A model generated the notes under the pieces. The model made no database searches and was not told the DNA's origin. It saw only the letters and a list, made by a program, of their open reading frames with translations. This document shows positions 54,829 through 64,000 of a stretch of 64,000 nt of DNA, piece by piece; position 1 is the stretch's first letter, and every line of letters begins with the position of its first letter. Position numbers and translations under genes: made by a program. The stretch spans positions 424-64,423 of the forward strand of contig NMRA01001015.1 in assembly GCA_002633005.1 (NCBI GenBank), read 5' to 3'. The stretch comes from Phoronis australis. Lineage: Eukaryota > Animalia > Phoronida.

Positions 54829-56664
54829 ATGTCCAGTTCGCCTGTTTAGATGTTCGTTTGCGAACGAACCCAGACCTTCCAATAGCGACCTTCAACGAAG
54901 GTGAGTCCGGGGCTGTTGAGGTAGTCCCTATGGATGCAGAGTCAGTAGTGGGTAAGTCAACTGAATGCCAAGGTGAAGTGGATTGTACAGTTGCGGCTGT
55001 AGACGAAACACAGTCATCGATTAAAACGCCAGTTAGACCTGCGGGAATCTCGGGGTCATCTAGTCAGTGTTCGGTAAGTTCTGCGGGTCTTCCATCTCCC
55101 TCCTTTTCGTGCCCGTTATGTCCTTTTACGGGGTCGGAGGCCGTGTTTCGGGCACACGCCCTATTACATCTTCCGAAAATATTCAATATATCATCTATTC
55201 ACATGCTCGCGTTTCCGGGGTTACAGCGTCGTCGCGCTTGGGCGATTCTTCGCCTGTTTTCTTACATAGAGGGCAGGGAATTGGTGTCATACAGCGATTT
55301 GATGGATATGGGGGGGTTGATCGTGCGCAGTTTGCCATGTATACCATCTGTGTTGTTGGTTGACGAGGTGTCGATGTTCTTAATATGCCGTGTGATGGGA
55401 TGGCCGATACCATCTCGTTTTATCGCACCGGATGGTCGCTTAGAGAATCCAGCATGTGTGTTCCTCTTGTATATTATTTTGGGGATGATGGCACGCGTGT
55501 CGGAGGCCCTTCGCTCTGAGTGGATCCGTTGGTGTGATGAAGAGTCCGCATCTACCGAAATGCAGGAAGTAACATTTATTCCTTTAGCGGCGCCACTGCA
55601 TCAGACATCTACTGGGGTAGACGTTGCGTCGACTCCTACGAACGGACCGGTGAATGCACCATAAGCAACGGGGCCTGTGACTACATCGTTCACCACTTTT
55701 GCTCAGGTAGTTGCAGAGGGTTCGTCTAGGCCTACTGCGATTGGAACGACTGTTGCGGCCGAGTCTATTTCAACTCTGCGCAAAGTAAAAGCGGATCCTC
55801 AGGCTTTGGACTCGCATTTCCACATTGATAGGTTATCTGTGGCCCATCGTGAGAAAACGGGCGTACGGACAGTGGACAGATGGCTGTCAGTACCAGAACT
55901 CCTGGCGGCAGATATGTGCAGGCAACCGACGGTGCCAGTGACCCTCTGTGGGGGGATCATGGTTTTTTGCGATGCACATGACTTTCGCGTTGACCTGGGT
56001 GCCTATTTGAAACAGCTTCCTACGGGATGGAAGGCAGTCGTAGGCATCCATCCTAAACAGCTCTCCAAATTGGATTTCCGTGCGTGGGAAGTTATGTTGG
56101 GGTTGCTGTCAGAACCAAAGGTAGCAGGGCTTGGGGAAGTCGGATTGGAACAAGGTAGGGACGAGGTATGGCAGGCGCGTGCTTTAGAAGATTTGATAAT
56201 TCATTTTTGTCGGCTGGAAAAGAAAAAAACTGAATATCGTAGGAAGGTGCTAGTGATTCACCTGCGAGGGGCCAAGCATGATGTTCATTATGATTGGGGT
56301 TTTGCTACACTCCGTGAGATTTTGCGGCGTCATGCTCCGCGGAGTATTCGTATGCACTTATACACCTTTGTTGGAAATACAAATGTCGTGCGCGACTTCT
56401 GTGAGGAATTTCCTTCGTGTTATTTTGGCTTTTCAGGTTTGGTATGCAGGTACAACCGCTGGCAGGTTGCAGCGTTACGCGCGGTTCCTCTGCAGCGGTT
56501 GTTGTTGGAAACCGATTCCCCTCACCTTCCGGTAAATACTAAACCTAATTACCCTCAGTTTATAGGGGAGGTCGCGGAAGTTGTGGCAAAGCTAAGGGGG
56601 GGTGTCCACTAAGGTGGTTCTGGACGAGAGCGTTCGTAACGGACGAAGGTTATACCGATTATAG
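54829..56664 (+). pseudogene. Retrotransposon ORF3: C2H2 zinc finger plus TatD-family nuclease (about 620 aa reconstructed; in-frame stop at 55662, +1 G at about 56590)
   Basis: ORFs 54858-55664 and 55677-56612 share a frame. TatD motifs DSHFH, VGIHPK, GLGEVGLE, VIHLR, YFGFSG, LLLETDSP. Removing one G from the poly-G restores the typical end LRGVSTKVVLDESVRNGRRLYRL*. Zinc finger CPLCPFTGSEAVFRAHALLH. Confidence 0.9.
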
Positions 56665-57185
56665 AGGGGCGTGGGGGTGGTATATGAGATATTATAGAAA
56701 TAATAGTTTTTTTCCCTTTTCTATATATTTTTTTTGTATATGCCTCTTTATTTTACATTTAGGGGCATTTCCGTCTCGTCTGTTCGGACATCTTGTGGAT
56801 TATATTAGTTGTTTCTTTTTTGTTTTTTGTTTTTTTTTATGTATTAAGTTCTTACTTGAGAGTAAGGGGATGGGTTTTTGGTGTTTTTTTTTGGTTTTTC
56901 CTTTTCGTTGAGTGCCCTTTTCTTTTTAGAGTCAATAGGTTTTGTTTTTAGTCATTGTTCTTCAGGCCACTATGTTTAGGATAATTTTCTTTTGGGAGGG
57001 ACGGTTTAGTTGTGAAGTGCTACTAACGTCACATCAAATGTTTTTTTTTTTTCATTAAGTTATTTTATTTTTTCTTTCTTTCTGCGAAACTAATTGATGT
57101 TTCTTTTTGTTACATTTGGTACGACTGTTGGTCTTCTAACATTTGTTTGGGGATATTAGGAATTAAAGTTAGGCATGTTCTTTTT

Positions 57186-57198
57186 AGGAAGGGGGGAG
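57186..57198 (+). promoter_or_regulatory. Polypurine tract
   Basis: AGGAAGGGGGGAG immediately before the 3' LTR. Confidence 0.9.
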
Positions 57199-57474
57199 TG
57201 TCGTGAACGAGTATTCTCTCGTTGTGTGGCGTCATGTGGTGTTGTCTTTGTTCGTCTCTGTGTGTGTGGTGTTGACATAGTGAGCCAGTGATAGGTCACG
57301 TGACTCTGGGCACGAGGGGAAAAATCGGGGAGTCTATGAGAAGGTGTGGTGAAAGATAGACGCTCTGGAGAGTGAAACTAGAGGCGCTCTCAAAAGTGTG
57401 ACACTGATGGCAAGTCCGGACAAGAAGTTAGGTAAGTTGGCTGTATCTGATGAATTATAGGCCACGTTACTATA
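57199..57474 (+). repeat. 3' LTR
   Basis: 276-bp match to 47748-48023, followed by the TSD GGAT. Confidence 0.95.
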
Positions 57475-57641
57475 GGATTTAGGCATGGGGGCCATGCCCC
57501 CTCCACTAAAATTCTCCCAGATTCCATTTGGCAGTTAGGTAGTGCGAATGTCAGACAGGCAAAATCCTGGCTAATAAAAACTCTGCCCTGGCACCCCAAA
57601 CTCAAAATCCTGGATCAACCCCTGAAGAACACAACAATTAT

Positions 57642-57714
57642 CAGGGCTCGACATAACGAGCTGCAGGTCGCATTTGCGACCTGAAATTTGGAAATGCGAG
57701 CTGAGATTTTTGTC
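57642..57714 (+). mobile_element. Left end of a CAGGGCTCGAC element, truncated at n
   Basis: Identical to 60585-60657. Confidence 0.8.
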
Positions 57715-58229
57715 NAAATTAATGAATTTGGGTGAGGATATTATCTCTTCACAACTTGCTATGTTCGTAAACACAGTCACAGAAGCATGCGTCAACTCGG
57801 AGCATAAATTCTCAACCGTCGTATGCATGCAGACGCTCAACTCCCTCAAGATCACAACTACGTTTTGTCTTCATTTTCTGTGTCATCTTTCTGTCATATG
57901 TACACGTCATCGACTCAATATTATGGCGACTCAGTGAATGAAAGGACTGAGGGTACACATGGTGCTGCTCTGTGTCTGGTGTGAGATTTAATTTAAGTGA
58001 CAGCCTTATAACCTTTGACCTCGGTTAAGTTGTAAACAAATTTCCATGCCGTTGTCTGGCTCCAAGGTGGTTCTGCTAAATCTTTTTTCTCGCTACACTG
58101 TATACATTTCGTATTTGAAGTTCCCGAGAATGAAGATAAAGCATTTTGTTAGACGTGAAATGTTGTAAAAATGACCAATTCTTGTGAATAAGGTTCGAGA
58201 TATCCTTAAGACCCAACTTGTTATTACAT

Positions 58230-58420
58230 ATGGATCATAATGCCATGACCTATAGAGAGATATGCTGCAACACTCATGTTGGTATGCCATGACCTATAGA
58301 GAGATATGCTGCAACACTCATGTTGGTNGCCATGACCTATAAGAGAGATATGCTGCAACACTCAATATGGATCATAATGCCCTGACCTATAGAGAGATAT
58401 GCTGCAACACTCATGTTGGT
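58230..58420. repeat. Minisatellite of about 44 bp (GCCATGACCTATAGAGAGATATGCTGCAACACTCA...), about 4 copies
   Basis: Repeated unit visible; includes an n, so copy number is uncertain. Confidence 0.8.
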
Positions 58421-60584
58421 GAATTCGATAACCAAAACACACAATATGACCAGTATCACTTTTGATACTTTATAGTACAATGACACTTGCAATGACTGCA
58501 AAAATGCAGAAACTAAAGTTATAGATAAGATGTAACACACATGTATTCTGATAAATGACATATCGACGATAACTCATTTCATTACCCCCACAGACAGGTG
58601 ATGGAAAACCTAAAATGCTGTCATAATTCGAAGAGTAATTCTATTATTCGGCCACAGTAAAACAGAAAACTATATCATTGCCTTGGTATTCACCAAATGC
58701 TAAAGACTTGAATCTGTAGAATCTGAATACAATTACATAACCAGTAAATACCTGACAGTGTTTATTCTTTAATTTCTCTTAAATTTAAAAAAAGTGTTTA
58801 CACTCCAACAAGGATTCAGTCAGCTGACAACAAAACATTAACATAATGTACCTGAACCTGGTTGGTGTACGTCCTACGCGCCTTGGGAGGGACAGCCTTA
58901 CACCCCCTGTGCCGTGATAAGTCTATGTGGTAAGAACACTTATACACTTGTGGCTTAACACAGACGTCACTGCCTTGTAAACAATACACTTCATCCATGG
59001 AGCCCATGATGGGACAAGGTACAGAAAGACTTCGCATAACAAGAGTCAAGGCATCCAGTGAAAGCAACAACTTTCACTTTCACACACTTTTCTCGCGTAG
59101 ACAAAACAGGTCTGCACTGCCCCACTTCCTCAGTACACACACGCTTCACCTATAGTCTTCACACAGACTGGGGTTGCCAGGAACAATGTCGTGTCACACA
59201 TTGGCAGTTGTAATTCACCTCATTAAAACCAAGCACATTAATTCAGTTCAAGGGTCTCTCTCCCATCTAACAGGGGTATTCATCAGGTGTTTATCAAAGT
59301 GTCACAACAAGCAAATGCAGCTTCAGGTGTCTACAGCAAGCTTGAGTTTCACGGCATCTTATTTCGAGGTTTACTTTGCAAATGTGCAGACAACTTTAAT
59401 TCTGCCTTAAGATAAATTCCTGACCTCTAAGCAAAGAGAAAAGTACGTCGTCCAACTCTGCAACATTTATAAAGCTGTTGAAACACACAGCAGTCCGTTT
59501 GCTACGCTGCATCCGACAGCAAGCACTCCCAACTTAAAATTTCACTACATTTTAGAGAGCCTGTGTGAAAATTTACTCCACTATATCTGACTAGGTTCTG
59601 TAACACAGTTCCACAGCACTAATCCATGGGACATACTTAAACAGTATAAGACCATATGAACACTATTAACAGGCACACTAATTAATCTCTATGCAATCAA
59701 TCAATAAGTCTACAAGTGATCCATAAGCTAAAAGAGACAATAACACAATACTTATCAACCTACGAACACAGGCACATGCACGCACGCACGCACACACACA
59801 CAGAGGAAAACATAATGAATAAAAAGCTTTCTAGAGGGCGCCACTATGAGAAACTATATGACAAATGATGATGATTATGACAGTGGCAGCAGCAGTGGCA
59901 ACAACAGCAGGAAATCAGTCAAATAAAGAGCAGTCACCATAAAATGTCAAATTACTAAAAATGGTATGATGTAGCTAAAATGGTGGCACAGTACCCATAG
60001 TGCTTCCTTACACACCAAGTTTCATAAAGCTCCCCCACAAGAGAGTGGTGATATGGGTCTGGCACATGAAAAGTTGGAAAATGGCCACTATAGCGCCATC
60101 TTGAGTCCTATTTTAACCAAAAAACAACAGGCCTGAAATTATTGACAAGTCACATGTTGAGAGTAAATTTCTTAGGTCTGCGGAACATAGCCTTTATACC
60201 TACGAACATAAAAGTGGCAAAAATATGACAGGCTGGACAAAAAATTTTCCCCAAGTAATAATACGCAAGCACATACAAACAAGCACACCCATACTTGTAT
60301 CATTCTTAGACCTACTGCAGACAATGGCAAGAAATGATCTTACTCTATTCACTTACAGTGAACACTAACTTCCTCCAAATATCGTTAATAACAAAATTCT
60401 GCAACAAATAAAACAACTTGCCAGTCTTCCTAAATTCTCAACCTACACCAATCCGTTAACACAGAATTCAAATCCATGCATAAGTAATCAAATTGTACAT
60501 CAAACATTGAAACCTATGAATGCACAATTTGTGGAAAGCTTCTTAGCAAAGCTCAAGAATATTTTTGTTTTTTAAAGTCTAACC

Positions 60585-62790
60585 CAGGGCTCGACATAAC
60601 GAGCTGCAGGTCGCATTTGCGACCTGAAATTTGGAAATGCGAGCTGAGATTTTTGTCAGCTCGTATCAAGTCGCAAAATGCGACCTGGAATTTCCAACGA
60701 ATGCGAGCTGAGTTTTTACACTTCTCAACAGATATCTGGCACATACAAAGCAGCTCTTGTTAATCCGACCGTTATTTGGTCGTTGCCAAATCCAAGTTCA
60801 AAACAACACTAACGAGAACAGCCCTCCCGATGACTTGTAAGCAAGTCGCGTGAACATGGGATATGCAGAATCGATCTTCGACGCGTTTCATTGGCTAACA
60901 CTTTCGGCCACTTTTGTAAATTCCCGGATTCGCCGAAGAAAGTTTCGGGCCACTGCTTAACACGTGATAAAACTTCACAAAACAACGGTGTTTCTATTAA
61001 TTCTTAAGCGATCAACTTACCAAACTTTGTGGTGGGCAAAAATGTTTAGTTTTTCATATAAGATGTCCTTATTACATGTACCAAATATCCACGACAAAAT
61101 CCCTGATATCGCACTGCGGCACCGTCAGTTAGCGCGCAAGCGGTCCCGGCAGACAATCGTGACTTAGACTGAGATGTGCTTCTCCTTTTAATCGTATTAA
61201 GACAGCCAAAGTGAAAATTACAACCTTATTAATCGCCAAACGACGGTCACGTCTTTACTTTCAGTTGCCAAGAAATTCTCAAACCCCCTTACTTGTTTCT
61301 GGGGCTACGTGCGCGAAATATGATTTGTCTTTCACACGTACGTTGCCAACGTAAAGTGTAGGCCTACTCCAGCGATGAGCATGTGCGTGAACTCACGCGT
61401 GGGCACCACTTCAAAGAACAGCGACAGCCCTAAATGAAAGAGTATGTCGGCTTGGCTCTGGTTTATTTGAAAATAAACTCAGATTCCCAGCGGTTATAAA
61501 AGACCCGATGTACCGGGACCGATATACATTGTAACCCCGAGAACTGACGTTTTCCTGTTCCGATGTTTCCCGAGGTCTATGTTCTGTAAATCCTGTATTC
61601 TATGCCCGTAGCCAGTTATTGCAACTAAACTGGCACTAGATGCGAAATTGTGGTTCAAGTTAGCGAACTTTTCATTCTTCTCTTTATACCCCCCGCCAAC
61701 TTTTCGCTCCCCAAACCACCGTCGCCGTAAAATGTTCAGACTCACCTATAGAAACAACCTTGTTCCGGCTGAAGCGGACAGTTAAAAACAAAATCGTTCC
61801 GGGTGGCTAAAAAGGGTACAATGTAGGTGGTTACGATATCCAGAAGTCACCCCTACGAGATGGAGTTTGCCTCGCAAAATCGTATTATTATAACGTTTCT
61901 TACCATTGCAGCATTTTAATATCTTATTACCGCAAACACTGAGGTTAACGACTATACTCACGCACAAGCTTACCCCCTACCTTTAAAGTGTTTCATAATT
62001 AGCGCTCACTGATCTATTAAAAGTCCCCCCTTAAATTTTGAGAATTTCCAGTGAAGCGCCCACAGTTCAAGCTAGCGCCCATCATAGCGTACTACAAACG
62101 ACCGCGTGTGATTTAAAATTGTCACGCAGCTTATATGGTGTGTCTCTTTCATTTTACACAACTTCAGTTTTCATAAACGTCTTTTCACAATATGTAAAAA
62201 CCAAATCCCGGCTTTGTTTTATACCTCGGAAAGAAAGTTAACACTAGTGACTTGCGTGTCGTTTTGTGACTGACCTATTTTTCCCGTACTTGGAAGGTAT
62301 TGCGGAGCAAACTCGCCATTACCCGAGTTAGTTTGAATCGTTAACGACTTTGATGACAGCCAGTAGCAGGCCAGATCTAAAAATATCCCGGATACTTTTT
62401 CAAGGGACATTTTCTCCCTTTTCACATCGCAAATTTAGCTACTCGAATGCAAAAGTCAGTTAGAGAGCACTGATCATTCAACTTTCACGTCGGCAACTTG
62501 CCTTGCGCTCTAGAGTCTTTCAATGGAGGTCGTGAAGAACAGTAAGGCCGTAACCTACATGAATGAAGTCAATATTGAGATCCGAAATTTGTGAGTATTT
62601 AACGCTGCAGGTAAGAACATAATCTAAACATTTTCTCGATGATCTAAAAAATCTATTTTGGCGCGTAAAAATGGCGGAAAAATTTTGCGACCTGGCATTT
62701 AGGAATGCGAGCTGGATTTTGAAAATGCGACCTGGGATTTTGGCTAGGTCGCAAAATGCGACCTGGCGATTTTAATAGCGTCGAGCCCTG
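60585..62790. mobile_element. 2.2-kb non-autonomous DNA transposon, TIR CAGGGCTCGAC, 5-bp TSD TAACC (hAT-like termini)
   Basis: CAGGGCTCGAC...GTCGAGCCCTG with TAACC on both sides. Subterminal TGCGA(C/G)CTG repeats at both ends. No transposase ORF. Confidence 0.88.
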
Positions 62791-63366
62791 TAACCTCAAC
62801 GGAATTTTGTTATTTAAGATGTATTCGGCTAACCAGGTACTCCTAGCAAAGCCTTAGCAAAACAAGAAAATCTGAGTTTGATCACGCAAATGTAGGCCAG
62901 TTAAATGATAGGTAAAGCTGCCTTTTCGTGCCATATTGCGTCACCGCGAGATTCCTGCGCAAAAAACAAAAGGTCGATAACAGTTGTATTGAATAGGGAT
63001 CTGCATAGAACACCACTGTGTGCGGGTGCTATTCGCAGCTGTTTGAATCAAAAGGTGATTCTCGCAGTGACGTAGACAAAAGCAAACCAATACACCTAAC
63101 AGTTCGTTACATTTGACTATTTATGGAACTAGTGGACTCAAAGCGATGCTCTTAATATACTGTAGGATCCAAATTTACAGGTGTTACCATTCAAGATAGG
63201 CTTTAATGTCTTACTCTCTTGCATGTATTACGCTATTATTAATGTATTACCGTGTGTCAATAGGTACTTATGTGTACGCCAACAAAAAATTTGCTGCAAT
63301 AATGATTACATCTGTTGAAAGCATATTTTAGAAATTAGGATCTGTGACTAACAGTACATTAGCGAT

Positions 63367-64000
63367 GACTTCCGGTAAAATGGCGCCAGCACAAAACGTG
63401 CGTTTTGCTAGTCTGTAAATTTTCAAAGTTATCTTCACCTTGCTGCTTGAAACGGGACGTACAAAAAGAGCCACATCATCTCCTGCACCAAAAGACGGCG
63501 AGGAAGTGCCAGAGAATGAACCAGAGTGGTTTTCATCATTAAAGAGTGAGTTGAAAAGGTCTAATATGGAGATTATGAACGAGCTCGGTCACATAAAAGA
63601 ATCGTTAAACTTAGCCTTTAACACTGCGGAAGAAGCCTTAGCAAATTCCAAACAGTGTGCAGAGAAAATTGCTTTGTTGGACAAAGAAAACGGGTATTTG
63701 AAATCCAAAATCATATCTCTCGAAATGCATTCTAGAAGGAACAATCTCGTGTTTGTGGGGATCCCGCAAACCCAGGATATGTCGTGTGAGAACAGTTTAT
63801 CTATAGTGCTAAAGCGATATATGGGCCTTGACAACATCTCTTTTGAAAGAGTGCACCCTATTGGCGATAAAGGTACTATAATTGCTAAGTTTTCGTTCTA
63901 TAAACAACGACAACAAGTGTGGATGGGAAAGAGAAAGTTTCAAGGTTCGAAAATTTTTGTGAACGAGGACTTCCCTCATGAGACTATTGTCAATCGAAAG
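63367..64000 (+). mobile_element. 5' end of an L1-like LINE: internal promoter and ORF1 (63452->64000, runs off window)
   Basis: Begins GACTTCCGGTAAAATGGCG. The open frame encodes a coiled coil, then LEMHSRRNNLVFVGIP, FERVHPIG, IIAKFSFYKQRQQVW and IFVNEDFP, typical of L1/Tx1-type ORF1p. The apparent start is ACG at 63452. Confidence 0.85.

Larger units (their letters stand above)
47748..57474 (+). mobile_element. Full-length (decayed) Ty3/Gypsy LTR retrotransposon with extra TatD-nuclease ORF
   Basis: Paired 276-bp LTRs, 4-bp TSD GGAT (47744-47747 / 57475-57478), PBS, PPT and gag-PR-RT-RH-IN order. Inserted inside a CAGTGGCGGAT MITE (47737...57624). Confidence 0.97.

Noticed and set aside
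55677-56612. TatD as a host TATDN gene or bacterial contamination
   Set aside because: Intronless, inside the LTR pair and TSD, and in frame with the upstream retroelement ORF3 segment.
58230-58420. CRISPR-like repeat array
   Set aside because: No unique spacers, eukaryotic context, no cas genes; a simple minisatellite.

Overview
Eukaryotic draft-assembly window (about 38-40% GC by eye, GT-AG introns, many MITEs, single-'n' contig joins), probably a marine invertebrate such as a mollusc; the taxon is an inference. Contents: (1) two tandem copies of a multi-exon gene for a secreted 442-aa helical protein with an amphipathic N-terminus and a hydrophobic hairpin between coiled coils, an alpha-pore-forming-toxin-like architecture; (2) a head-to-head pair of cyclophilin B paralogs, one with unusual substitutions near the S2 pocket; (3) a SPATA2/Tamozhennic-like PUB-domain gene; (4) a 9.7-kb Ty3/Gypsy LTR retrotransposon (47748-57474) with 276-bp TG...TA LTRs, GGAT TSD, tRNA-Ser PBS and a -1 frameshift signal, plus a partial second copy; (5) several 5-bp-TSD non-autonomous DNA transposons; (6) the 5' end of an L1-like LINE. 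The standout is the Gypsy element. It has an HhH motif on Gag, a PHD finger on integrase and, in the env position, a third ORF encoding a C2H2 finger plus a TatD nuclease. That ORF appears to be expressed by splicing from a start-codon mini-exon inside the LTR. Several near-identical duplications flanking single 'n' bases are probably assembly artefacts.
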